A stretch of 18,597 nt of DNA from Myxococcota bacterium (GTDB lineage Bacteria; Myxococcota_A; Polyangia; Polyangiales; Sandaracinaceae). Both the position numbers and the translations under genes were made by a program. Every line of letters starts with the position of its first letter. Within the stretch, counting starts at the first letter, position 1. The notes below the pieces were generated by a model. The model was not told the origin of the DNA. It saw only the letters and a program-made list of their open reading frames with translations, and did no database searches. The stretch is taken from assembly GCA_036149055.1 (NCBI GenBank), contig JAYZQJ010000109.1, positions 1 to 18,597 on the forward strand. Direction: 5' to 3'. Below are positions 1 through 8,715 of this stretch, piece by piece.

Positions 1-104
1 CCCTCCGCCCGCGCCCCCCCCCAAGCCCCCTCCACCACCTCCACCGAGAGCGAGCGCACCGGCAACCCCGGCGTATCCTCGGAAGGCTGCGTCGACTGCG
101 GCAT
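1..104 (-). CDS. 5' part of a CDS running off the left edge (MPQSTQPSEDTPGLPVRSLSVEVVEGAWGGARAE...); possibly an FHA-domain sigma-54 activator-type protein
   Basis: Manual translation from ATG at 104 is open to the window edge with GC3-rich codons. A TAGCAT -10-like hexamer lies at 113-118 (minus). 'LSVEVVEG' resembles the strand preceding myxobacterial FHA domains; the product call is weak inference. Confidence 0.5.
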   Translation of the reverse strand, partial: MPQSTQPSEDTPGLPVRSLSVEVVEGAWGGARAE

Positions 105-128
105 CTCCCCCGATGCTACCCCCAACCT

Positions 129-296
129 CCGGGGACGATCCTATTCATTCATCGAGCTCTCCCAGCCCCGTCCGACGCGTCATCGTCCACGTCGTTCTTC
201 ATGGGAGATGAGAGGTGAGAGGCGAAGAGGAATCGGTTAGGCGGGCGCCTCCGGCGCGGCCCCGAGGTTCGATGAGATGAATGGGATCGTCCCCGG
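129..296. repeat. Inverted-repeat element (REP/MITE-like): ~27-bp arms flanking a ~113-bp core
   Basis: 129-155 CCGGGGACGATCCTATTCATTCATCGA versus the reverse complement of 269-296, CCGGGGACGATCCCATTCATCTCATCGA. The same arm family occurs in the hairpins at 10358 and 10594. Confidence 0.85.
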
Positions 297-333
297 CTCT
301 CGCAGCCAGGGCTCGTATCGAACCGGCGTTCCG

Positions 334-573
334 TCAGTCGCGAGGCGCTCTACCGTAGAGCCACGAGTCGTGGTCTCGGCCGGTCGCTTCGTCGTCCTCG
401 ATGATCCCGGCGATGCTCGCGAGCTTCCCCCTCGTGGCGTCGGGTCGATGCGATGCCAAGTGGGCGCTGAGGATCTCGCGAAGGAGCGCGGAGACACTCT
501 TGCCTTGGCGCTTGGCCGCCGCCCGGAGCGCCTCCATCTCCCAGTCCTCCAGCATGACCTCCGCCGGCTGCAT
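334..573 (-). CDS. CopG/ribbon-helix-helix DNA-binding protein, VapB-like antitoxin (orphan)
   Basis: 79 aa. RHH pattern 'VMLEDWEMEALRAAAKRQGKSVSALLREILSAHL'. The C-terminal 'DHDSWLYG' resembles the ends of antitoxins that precede PIN toxins. Confidence 0.75.
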   Translation of the reverse strand: MQPAEVMLEDWEMEALRAAAKRQGKSVSALLREILSAHLASHRPDATRGKLASIAGIIEDDEATGRDHDSWLYGRAPRD

Positions 574-616
574 GCACTAGATGTACTTCAGGCGACGCCG
601 CTCCACAATCTCGCGG

Positions 617-1183
617 CTACGAGACGCCGAAGCGCTCGGCGGCGTGGGCGACGAGGCGGGCGTGGCGCTCTTCGAGCACGGCGACGCGGACCTCGGCGAG
701 CGCGGCGGGCGCGCTGGCGAACACCTCCATCATCGCGGCGGCGGACGCGACCTCGCCGAGGCCTCCGTGGCCGGCGCCGAGGAGCGGGAAGGCCACCACC
801 ATCGGGAGCGCGTGCGCGCGAGCGAGGTGCGCCGCCTCCTCGAGCGCGGCCTTCGTGCACGCCTTCACCCGCGTCGGCCCCGACGAGCCGCCGGTCTCCG
901 GGTCGCGCCGCGTGTAGTCCACCGCGGCCACGTGCAGCACCCACCGGAACGCCGTCGCGCGGCCGGCGCCGGTGACCACGCAGTCCTCCGCTTCGAGCGG
1001 CTCGTCGAGCTGCTCCTCCCACGCGCGCCGCACCTCGGCCTGGAAGGCGGCGCCGCCGCACGCCTCGCGGATCGCCCCGCTCACCCCGCTCCCGAGGCCC
1101 AGGTGCGGGTTCGACGCGTTGACGATGGCGTGCGCGCCGACCGCCGGGTCGACGAGGCTGCCGACGAAGACGGACAGCTTCAT
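617..1183 (-). CDS. Macro domain (ADP-ribose binding/hydrolase) protein, 188 aa
   Basis: Likely start MKLSVFVG at 1183, overlapping the upstream stop (ATGA). Macro motifs: 'AIVNASNPHLGLGSGVSGAI', 'VLHVAAVDY', 'VAFPLLGAGHGGL'. Confidence 0.9.
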   Translation of the reverse strand: MKLSVFVGSLVDPAVGAHAIVNASNPHLGLGSGVSGAIREACGGAAFQAEVRRAWEEQLDEPLEAEDCVVTGAGRATAFRWVLHVAAVDYTRRDPETGGSSGPTRVKACTKAALEEAAHLARAHALPMVVAFPLLGAGHGGLGEVASAAAMMEVFASAPAALAEVRVAVLEERHARLVAHAAERFGVS

Positions 1184-2060
1184 CGCGCGAGGATCGCGTC
1201 GACGAGGGGCGCGGCGAGGCGGGCCACGCGGGCGGGGTCGGGGGTGAGCTCCTCGAGGAGGTGGAAGCGCTCCACCAGCAGGTCGCGGCGCACCTCGACG
1301 CAGAGCGTCTGGCCCGGGAAGCGGCTCGCGAAGCGCGCGCCCTGGGTCGCCGGGTGCAGCGTGTACGTCGTCGCCTCTTCCGCCGCGACGCCGATCGCCC
1401 GGTAGCCCTCGAGCAGCGCGGTCACCATCTCGGCCGGCGCGAGGCGCTCGCCGTCCGGGCGGCGGGTGATCAGGTCCACCTCGGGCCGCAGCGGCCAGCG
1501 CTCCCAGTCGGCCCAGGCGGCGCGGATGGCGTCGACGATGTTCGCGTCGACCGCCGCGATGTCCATCGTGCGCGGGCCGTAGCTGTGGCTCATCAGCGCG
1601 AAGCCGCCGGCGCCGCAGACCTCCTCGTAGGCGCGCTCGGCGACGTCGACGTAGGCGCGGTGCAGCTCCGTCAGGCGCGCGAGGTCCGCGGGGTCGGTCA
1701 CGTAGGCGGGGATGCCGCCGGTGAGCCCCCCTTCGCCGAGCTGGTCCTCGGCGTCGACCCGTCGGTTCGTGTCGACGAAGGTGCGCGGGATCAGGCAGCG
1801 CACCAGCCGCGCCTTGCGGGACGGATCCCGCCGCACCACCTCCTGGGCGACGCGCTTGCCGAGGTCCCACGCGCCCATGTCGGTGTTCGCGTGGAAGAAC
1901 TCGTGCAGGTCCTCGGGCAACGGCGAGACGAGCTGCGCGCGCAGGTCGTCGAAATGCGAACGCCGATCCGCGCCGTGCGGCACCTCGATCAGGAGATCGG
2001 GCGGCGCGGCGGGATCGGCGCTCTCGCCGTCGAGGTGCTCGACGTGCGCAGGCTCCACCA

Positions 2061-2061
<1 letters not shown>
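1180..2061 (-). CDS. N-formylglutamate amidohydrolase-like protein (Zn-hydrolase fold), ~293 aa
   Basis: Start MVEPAH at 2061 (or GTG at 2064) overlaps the cyclophilin stop. Motifs 'LIEVPHG', 'NTD', 'PRTFVDTNR', 'HSY' and 'VEVRRDL' match the FGase family pattern. Confidence 0.8.
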
Positions 2062-2573
<512 letters not shown>

Positions 2574-2606
2574 GGATGGGGGAGTAGCCCCGGCGGGCCC
2601 CCGGAA

Positions 2607-2915
2607 TCAAGAGCCGCGGGTGACGACCCTCATGGCGCCCCGGATCGCGGCCGCGATGACCGCGTCGTCGGGCACCGGCGAGGCGCGCCCGTCGGCGTCG
2701 CGGTAGACCCGGCAGCACGCGGCGCCGGGGGCGTCGCCGGTCACGTCGCGCCCGTCCACCAGGAGGGTCGGTGAGCCGTATGCGCCGGCGGGCGCGCGCT
2801 CGTCCCAGCGCCGCGGCAGCCCCAGGTCGGTCAGCACCCGGGCGAGGCTCGCGCGCGCCGCGTCCACGTGCGGGCAGTCGGTGTCGAACACGAGGGTGAT
2901 CGCGGGCTCGGGCAT
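2607..2915 (-). CDS. Small thioredoxin-like Cys protein (DUF2703/alkylmercury-lyase-N-terminal-like), 102 aa
   Basis: Start MPEPAITLVF at 2915. Motifs 'DCPHVDAAR', 'GSPTLLVDGRDV' and 'CCRVY' resemble that small family. Confidence 0.75.
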   Translation of the reverse strand: MPEPAITLVFDTDCPHVDAARASLARVLTDLGLPRRWDERAPAGAYGSPTLLVDGRDVTGDAPGAACCRVYRDADGRASPVPDDAVIAAAIRGAMRVVTRGS

Positions 2916-2986
2916 GCGATCACGATGACGCCCCGGCCGCCGCGTGGCACCCGGGAACCTCGCCTCCGGGCCGCTGTCGCTACCGC

Positions 2987-4354
2987 GTGGACGGGCTCGA
3001 CGTGGCGCTGTGCTGGGGGGACGAGCGGCTGGAGCAGGCGCGCCATCGGCTCGACGCGAGCTTCGCGCCGGGTGGGCCGTTCCCCTCGATGCGGCCGCTG
3101 CGCCCCGACGGCGACGTGGTGGTGCTCTCGGTGCCGCCGCGGGCCCGGGCCTGGGTGCACACCGCCAACGGGTGGCGCGACCTGGCGACGCTGCGGGTGC
3201 TCGGCGGGCTCGCGCCCGACCCGGACGAGCCGGGCGGCGCCCGCGTGCGGCTCCGCCGGCTCGGCGACGCGCGCGCGCTCGAGGAGGGCGTCGTCCTGGT
3301 GCGGCGGGTGGAGGCCTGGCTCGAGCTCGAGGGCTGGTGGCTCCACGTCGGCCTGGGCGATGACGAGCCGGCTCCGCCCCGCACCAGCCGGCGCGCGATC
3401 GCACGGGGTCTCCTCTTCGCGGCCTGCGTGCTCTCGACCTTCGCCGGGGTGCTCACCGCCTTCGCCGCCGTGCCCCCGCGCCGCGCCCAGCTCGACCTCG
3501 AGCGGCTCGCCGCCCCGCGCCTCCGGCTGCCCACCGTAAGAGCGCTCCCGGACGCGCGCCCGACGCCGACCGTCGAGACCAAGCACCGGGTGGAGCCGGC
3601 GCCGAACGGCGCGCCGGCGCGCGAGGCCCCGCCGCTCCGGACCCCCGCCCCCGGAACCCCGGCCCTCGAGCGCCGCGACCGCCGCGCCTCGCGCCCGGCG
3701 CCCGCCCCCGAGGATCCGCGCCCGCTCCCCGCGCTCCGCGCCGCCGTCGACGCCCTCGCCACTCTGGGCGCCCCCCGCACCCGGCGCGAGCCGCCCGCCG
3801 CCGCGCCGCCCGGGGACCGCGAGTCCTGGCTCGCGCTCGCCACCCTCACCGGCCACGGCGGCCCCGACCGGGACACGCTCCGGGCCGCCGCCGCCAGCGG
3901 CCCGTCGTGGTTCGGGGCCGGCCGGGGCGAGGGACGCTTCCGCCCCCCGCCGCCTCCGGTGCGCAGCGGCGCGGTGCTCCCCGGCTCCCCGGCGCTCTCC
4001 ATCTGCGACGCCCGCTGGCGCACCCCCGACGGCCGCCCCACCTGCCGCCCGCCCCGCGGCGCCTCGCTCCGCGAAGGCATCCGAGAGGTCGTGCGCCGCC
4101 ACCGCCCCGAGCTGTCGTTCTGCTACGAGCGCGGCCGCGCGCGCGACCCGTCGCTCGCCGGCCAGCTGCGGGTGGAGTGGCGCGTCGGCGACGACGGCGC
4201 GGTCATCGACGCCCGCGCGGTCGAGAACTCCCTGCCCGACGATCTCGTGACCACGTGCGTGCTCGCCGCCGTCCGCCGCTGGCGCTTCCCGGCCGCCGAC
4301 CCGCTCACCGTGCGCTACCCCTTCGTCTTCCGCGTCCGGGAGACGCGTCGCTGA
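2987..4354 (+). CDS. AgmX/PglI C-terminal (TonB-C-like) domain membrane protein, GltG-like architecture
   Basis: N-terminal 'LDVALCWGD', one TM segment (GLLFAACVLSTFAGVLTAFAAV), a Pro-rich linker, and C-terminal 'IREVVRRHRPELSFCYE...DPSLAGQLRVEWRV...CVLAAVRRWRFP...VRYPFVF'. Start codon uncertain. Confidence 0.8.
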   Translation: MDGLDVALCWGDERLEQARHRLDASFAPGGPFPSMRPLRPDGDVVVLSVPPRARAWVHTANGWRDLATLRVLGGLAPDPDEPGGARVRLRRLGDARALEEGVVLVRRVEAWLELEGWWLHVGLGDDEPAPPRTSRRAIARGLLFAACVLSTFAGVLTAFAAVPPRRAQLDLERLAAPRLRLPTVRALPDARPTPTVETKHRVEPAPNGAPAREAPPLRTPAPGTPALERRDRRASRPAPAPEDPRPLPALRAAVDALATLGAPRTRREPPAAAPPGDRESWLALATLTGHGGPDRDTLRAAAASGPSWFGAGRGEGRFRPPPPPVRSGAVLPGSPALSICDARWRTPDGRPTCRPPRGASLREGIREVVRRHRPELSFCYERGRARDPSLAGQLRVEWRVGDDGAVIDARAVENSLPDDLVTTCVLAAVRRWRFPAADPLTVRYPFVFRVRETRR

Positions 4355-4360
4355 AGCCGC

Positions 4361-5809
4361 TCAGCTCCCCTGGGCCTCGCAGACGAAGCGGTAGCTCTCG
4401 TCGCAGTCGGCCGAGTTCCACTCGGGGCTGCCGCGGTTCTCGTTGTTCAGGCAGTTCTCGTCGGTCCCGCCGTTGGGCTCGCCGCCGTCCCAGTCGAAGT
4501 AGGAGATCGGCGTCATGGTCGGCGCCCACACCCAGGTGCCCTCCATCGCGCGGTCGGTCCCGCCGTACCACCAGAGCACGTTGTTCGAGTCGAGCGAGCG
4601 CTCCTGGCCGTTCAGCCAGTCGTTCTCCGCCGAGTCCTCCACCGTGACCAGGTCGTAGCCGAACATCGCGCAGTAGCGGCGCGCGTCCGACCACGAGCGC
4701 TGGATGTCGAAGCAGAAGAGGTAGCTCCGGCTGCCCCGGTTCACCTGGGTGCACATGCCGCAGCTCGTGCCCTCGTCGGTCGTCCCGTCGCAGTCCTCGT
4801 CGGTCCCGTCGCAGGTCTCGGTGGCGGGCAGGCGCGAGCACGCGCTCCAGGTGCCCGAGAGGTCGCAGGTCTCGGTCGCGCCGGCGCAGGTGCCGCAGGC
4901 GCGGGTGTCGCCGTCGTCGCAGGCGCAGCCCTCGTTCGCCGTCCCGTCGCAGTCCTCGTCCGCCCGGGCCGCGTCGCAGACCTCCGTCCCCGGCGCCGTC
5001 CCCGTGCACACCCCGAAGCTGCCCATCGTGCAGGTCTCGGTGCCCATCGTGCACAGCCCGGTGGACGAGCCGCAGGCGCGCGAGAAGCCGTCGACGACGC
5101 CGTCACAGTCGTTGTCGACCCCGTCGCAGGTCTCGGCGCTCGGCCCCACCCCGGTGCAGTCGCCGAACGCGCCCATCACGCAGGTCCGCGTCCCCGCGGT
5201 GCAGGCGCCCACGTCGGTGCCGCAGGCCTCGACCATCCCATCGATGGCTCCGTCGCAGTCGTCGTCGAGGCCGTTGCAGGTCTCGGCCGTCGGCCCGACC
5301 GCGCCCTCGCAGGGGCCCCAGCCGCCGTCCTCGCAGGCCTGGCTCCCGAACGCGCACTCGCCGCGGTCCTCGCCGCAGACCCGGGTCGAGCCGACCGGCG
5401 AGCAGGGGCAGTCCTCGTCGACCGCGCCGTCGCAGTCCTCGTCCAGCGCGCCCTCGCACGCCTCGACGCCCGGCGCCTCGTCCGGCACGCACTCGCCGAG
5501 CGCGCCCCCGACGCAGGCCCGCACCCCCTGGCTGCACTCGCCCGGGGTGCCGCACGCCTCCGCCGCGTCCTCGTCCACCCGCCCGTCGCAGTCGTCGTCG
5601 GCGCCGTCGCAGCGCTCGGGCGTCACCTCGCACTCGCAGCCGTTGCCGTCGTCCCCGTCGAGATCCACGAACCCCGCCGGGCACCCGGACGTCGCGCCGT
5701 CCCGCCCCGCGTCCAGCCCCTCGCCCGGCATCAGCCCGCTCCGGTCGAGCCCGCAGCCGCCGAGCACGATCAGGGCCAGGGTGACTTCGAGGATCCGCGA
5801 GCGACGCAC
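4361..5809 (-). CDS. Cys-rich lipoprotein with six MopE-related/putative metal-binding repeats and a C-terminal C-type lectin domain, ~482 aa
   Basis: GTG start at 5809 and lipoprotein-type signal 'TLALIVLGGC'. Six ExC(D/N/E)x..D(D/E/N)DCDG repeats. CTL motifs 'SWSDARRYC', 'LVTVEDSAENDWL', 'WYGGTD...EGTWVW', 'WDGGEPNG...ENC', 'WNSADC...FVCE'. Confidence 0.88.
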   Translation of the reverse strand: MRRSRILEVTLALIVLGGCGLDRSGLMPGEGLDAGRDGATSGCPAGFVDLDGDDGNGCECEVTPERCDGADDDCDGRVDEDAAEACGTPGECSQGVRACVGGALGECVPDEAPGVEACEGALDEDCDGAVDEDCPCSPVGSTRVCGEDRGECAFGSQACEDGGWGPCEGAVGPTAETCNGLDDDCDGAIDGMVEACGTDVGACTAGTRTCVMGAFGDCTGVGPSAETCDGVDNDCDGVVDGFSRACGSSTGLCTMGTETCTMGSFGVCTGTAPGTEVCDAARADEDCDGTANEGCACDDGDTRACGTCAGATETCDLSGTWSACSRLPATETCDGTDEDCDGTTDEGTSCGMCTQVNRGSRSYLFCFDIQRSWSDARRYCAMFGYDLVTVEDSAENDWLNGQERSLDSNNVLWWYGGTDRAMEGTWVWAPTMTPISYFDWDGGEPNGGTDENCLNNENRGSPEWNSADCDESYRFVCEAQGS

Positions 5810-5815
5810 TCGCTC

Positions 5816-5821
5816 AGGATA
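5816..5821 (-). promoter_or_regulatory. Putative -10 element (TATCCT) of a leaderless transcript
   Basis: TATCCT lies 6 nt upstream of GTG 5809 with no Shine-Dalgarno sequence in between. Confidence 0.45.
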
Positions 5822-5847
5822 TCCCAGAAGCCGCGACCACCGAAGCG

Positions 5848-7872
5848 TCAGGGGCAGGCGAAGCTCGTGCAGAAGTTCGGCTCGCAGCAGACCTGACCGC
5901 CGCCGCAGGTTCGGCTGCTGCACGTGCCAGAGCTGCAGGTGCCCTCGATGCAGTCGCCGGCGTCGAGGCACACGTTGCCCGCGGTGCTGCGGCTGCAGCT
6001 CCCGGTGTCGGTGCCGGCCGTGCCCTGACACGTGCCGCTCGAGCAGGCGAAGGTCGTCTCGGTGCGGCTGCGGGTACCGGTCTCGTCGCACTGGCTGGTG
6101 AAGCCGCCGCACGGGCCCCAGCTGCCGTAGGTGGTGGCCGCGCACATCACGCCGGTGGTCGAGCGCGTGCAAGATCCGGTGTCGGTGCCGGTGCTGCTCA
6201 GGCAGGTGCCGCCGCCGCAGGCGTAGGTCGTCTGGCTGCGGGTGCGGGTGCCCGTCTCGTCGCAGGTGTCGCTGAACCCGCCGCAGGAGCCCCAGGCGCC
6301 GTACATCGTCGCGCCGCAGGTCACCCCGGTGGTGCTCCGGGTGCAGCTGCCGGTGTCGGTGCCCATCACCGGGTTGCAGGCGCCGGCGCTGCAGAAGAAC
6401 TCGGTCTGCGAGCGCGAGCGGGTGCCGGTCTCGTCGCAGGTGTCCGAGTAGCCGCCGCAGCTGCCCCAGCCGCCGTAGGTGGTGCTGGCGCAGCGGTCGC
6501 CGGTGGTGGTGCGCGCGCAGCTGCCGGTGTCGGGGCTGTCCACCGCGTTGCAGGTGCCGCCGCCGCAGACCCGGTCGGTGCGGGTGCGGGTGCGGGTGCC
6601 CGACTCGTCGCAGGCGTCGGCGAAGCCGCCGCAGCTGCCCCAGCTGCCGAAGGTGGTGCTGCCGCAGGTGTCGCCGGCGGTGGAGCGGGTGCAGCTGCCG
6701 GTCTCCATCATCGAGCTCGGCATGCACACCCCGCTCGAGCAGGCGTAGCGGGTGATGGTGCGGGTGCGGCTGCCGGTCTCCGCGCAGGTGTCGCCGTAGC
6801 TGCACGAGCCCCACGGCCCGGTCACGTCGCTCGGGCAGTCGGCGTCGGTCACGCAGCCCACGCAGCCGCCCATCGCCTCGTCGCACACCGACGCGCCGCT
6901 GCAGGGGTCGCCGTCGTGCACGGTGCAGGCGCCGGCCGCGCAGGTGTCGGGCCCGTTGCAGAACACGCCGTCGTCGCAGACCGCGGTGTTCGGCGTGTTC
7001 TCGCAGCCCGCGTCGCCGCACGCGTCGTCGGTGCAGGGGTTGCCGTCGTCGCAGCCGGTGGGCACGCAGGCGCCGCCGCAGCACTGCTCTCCCGTGCCGC
7101 AGAGGGGCTCGAGCACGCAGGTGTCGCCGTCGCAGCGCGCGGTCTCGCAGGGCCCGGCCACGCAGGTGGTCGGCGAGCAGCCGTCGTACTGACAGCCGAA
7201 GCCCTCGACGCACACCCCGCCGGTGCCGTCGGTGCACGCGGCGTCGTCGGTCGTGTACACGCAGCTCCCCGCGTCGCAGCGGTCGGTCGTGCAGGCCTGG
7301 CCGTCGTCGCACTCGGCGTCGCTCTGGCAGCCGCCCGCGTCGCCCGCGTCGCGCACGCCGCCGTCGTCGGGCTCGCCCCCGTCGCGGGTCCCGGCGTCCA
7401 TCGGCTCGCTGCACGGGTCGCCGCCCATCGGCTCGCCGCTCCAGTCGCGGCCCATCGCGGCCGGGGCGACGCAGGCGCCGCAGCGGCAGGTCTCGCTCGC
7501 GTCGCAGCTCACGCCGGCGCACGCCCGGCCGAGGAACAGCCGGATGCTCAGCGAGCGGCCCGACTCGAGCGTCACCACCGCTCGCTGGCGCGCGACCTCG
7601 GCGCCGTCCTTCGTGCCGATCGCGATCACCTCGACCGGGCCGAGCGCGTCGCCCGAGGGCACCACGGTCAGGGTCTGCGGCAGATCGCTCGCGCCCTGCA
7701 ATTCCTCTGTCGCGCTGCGCGTCGTGCCCGAGGGGCCGGTCACCCGGAGCTCGATGGCGTCGAGCTCGCCCGGCACGTCGTAGTCGGTGTCGACCGAGAC
7801 GATCAGCTGGGTCGGCCCGCTGCAGGCGGCGAGGCACAGGAAGGCGAAGGAGGTCCAAGCTGCTCTGACCAC
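5848..7872 (-). CDS. Cys-rich lipoprotein with Cys-rich 'CDDGNPCTxD' repeats and five thrombospondin type-1-like repeats, ~674 aa
   Basis: Start GTG 7872 (or 7881) and lipobox 'FLCLAAC'. N-terminal 'TQLIVSVDTD' domain typical of myxobacterial lipoproteins, then CDDG..CT.D repeats and five WG(S/P)C..C.E(T/S)G(T/S)R(T/S)R repeats. Confidence 0.87.
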   Translation of the reverse strand: MVRAAWTSFAFLCLAACSGPTQLIVSVDTDYDVPGELDAIELRVTGPSGTTRSATEELQGASDLPQTLTVVPSGDALGPVEVIAIGTKDGAEVARQRAVVTLESGRSLSIRLFLGRACAGVSCDASETCRCGACVAPAAMGRDWSGEPMGGDPCSEPMDAGTRDGGEPDDGGVRDAGDAGGCQSDAECDDGQACTTDRCDAGSCVYTTDDAACTDGTGGVCVEGFGCQYDGCSPTTCVAGPCETARCDGDTCVLEPLCGTGEQCCGGACVPTGCDDGNPCTDDACGDAGCENTPNTAVCDDGVFCNGPDTCAAGACTVHDGDPCSGASVCDEAMGGCVGCVTDADCPSDVTGPWGSCSYGDTCAETGSRTRTITRYACSSGVCMPSSMMETGSCTRSTAGDTCGSTTFGSWGSCGGFADACDESGTRTRTRTDRVCGGGTCNAVDSPDTGSCARTTTGDRCASTTYGGWGSCGGYSDTCDETGTRSRSQTEFFCSAGACNPVMGTDTGSCTRSTTGVTCGATMYGAWGSCGGFSDTCDETGTRTRSQTTYACGGGTCLSSTGTDTGSCTRSTTGVMCAATTYGSWGPCGGFTSQCDETGTRSRTETTFACSSGTCQGTAGTDTGSCSRSTAGNVCLDAGDCIEGTCSSGTCSSRTCGGGQVCCEPNFCTSFACP
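5970..6820 (-). repeat. Five intragenic tandem repeats with a 174-bp (58 aa) period
   Basis: Repeat Trp codons at 6811, 6640, 6466, 6292 and 6118 (spacing 171, 174, 174, 174). Six Cys per unit. Confidence 0.9.
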
Positions 7873-7879
7873 GAGGGAC

Positions 7880-7905
7880 ACGATACACCGCGGGCCTGCT
7901 ATCAT
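7880..7905. promoter_or_regulatory. Back-to-back divergent -10 elements, probably for leaderless transcripts
   Basis: Plus strand: TGC-TATCAT at 7897-7905, 6 nt before GTG 7912. Minus strand: TATCGT at 7880-7885, 7 nt before GTG 7872. Confidence 0.5.
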
Positions 7906-7911
7906 CGAGCG

Positions 7912-8715
7912 GTGCGGCGCTTCGCCCTGATGTTCGCGGTCGTGGTCGGCGTGCTCGCCGCCGCCCCCACCCTGCCCGCGGTGGCCCAGTCCTCCTCCGA
8001 GGTCGCGGCCGCCCGGCGCCTCTTCCGGCAGGGCCTCGGCGCGGCCCGCGCGGGCGAATGGCAGTCGGCCCTCGAGCTCTTCGAGCGCTCCTACGCCATC
8101 GTGCCCCGCGACAGCACCCTGCTGAACCTCGCCGGCGCGCAGGCCCAGACCGGGCAGCTCGTGGCCGCCACCGAGAGCTACCGCCGCTTCCTCGCCGAGG
8201 CCGAGGGCCGGGCCCGCCGCTACCGCCCGCAGGCCGAGGCCGCGCTCGCCGAGCTCGAGCCGCGCCTCGCCCACCTCGTCATCCGGGTCGACGGCCTGCG
8301 GGACGGCGACGTCGTGCAGCTCGGCGACCGCGAGCTCGCCGCCGCGGTGCTCGGCGTGGATCTCCCCGTCGACCCCGGCCGCCACACCCTCGCCGTGCGC
8401 CGCGGCGAAGAGACCGTCGCCGAGCGCGCGCTCGCCCTCTCCGAAGGCGAGGCCCGCGAGGTCACCCTCGACGCCGCCGTCTCCCTCGAGGTCGCCGCCG
8501 CCCCGGCTGGCCCCGCCGCCGAGGCCCCCGACGCCGCCTTCGAGCCCGACCCGCCGAGCGAGGGTGGCGACGACGGCGCGGTGATCATCGGCGTCTCGGT
8601 CGGCGTCGCCGCCGCGGTCGCGATCGCCGCCACCATCGTCACCGTCGTCCTGGTGGACCAGGCCGCGCAGCCCTACCAGGGCAGCGTCGGCGAAGGCGTG
8701 CTCACCTTCGACTGA
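7912..8715 (+). CDS. Secreted/membrane TPR + PEGA-like domain protein, 267 aa
   Basis: GTG start and signal peptide (..PAVAQ). TPR 'ARRLFRQGL..GEWQSALELFERSYAI..TLLNLAGAQAQTGQLVAATESYRRFL', PEGA-like 'LPVDPGRHTLAVRRG', and a C-terminal TM helix. Confidence 0.87.
   Translation: MRRFALMFAVVVGVLAAAPTLPAVAQSSSEVAAARRLFRQGLGAARAGEWQSALELFERSYAIVPRDSTLLNLAGAQAQTGQLVAATESYRRFLAEAEGRARRYRPQAEAALAELEPRLAHLVIRVDGLRDGDVVQLGDRELAAAVLGVDLPVDPGRHTLAVRRGEETVAERALALSEGEAREVTLDAAVSLEVAAAPAGPAAEAPDAAFEPDPPSEGGDDGAVIIGVSVGVAAAVAIAATIVTVVLVDQAAQPYQGSVGEGVLTFD

Noticed and set aside
14..22. C9 homopolymer as a phase-variation tract
   Set aside because: The frame stays open, and such a run is weak evidence in DNA this GC-rich at a window edge.
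4361..7888. 1175-aa ORF as a single giant protein
   Set aside because: The N-terminal ~690 aa are an Arg-rich off-frame reading of the 5848-7872 gene. The real protein starts near 5809 with a lipoprotein signal.
6916..8385. Extended N-termini of ORFs 6916-8715 (+) and 5848-8385 (-), implying a long bidirectional overlap
   Set aside because: Signal peptides and -10 boxes place the true starts at ~7912 and ~7872, so there is no real overlap.
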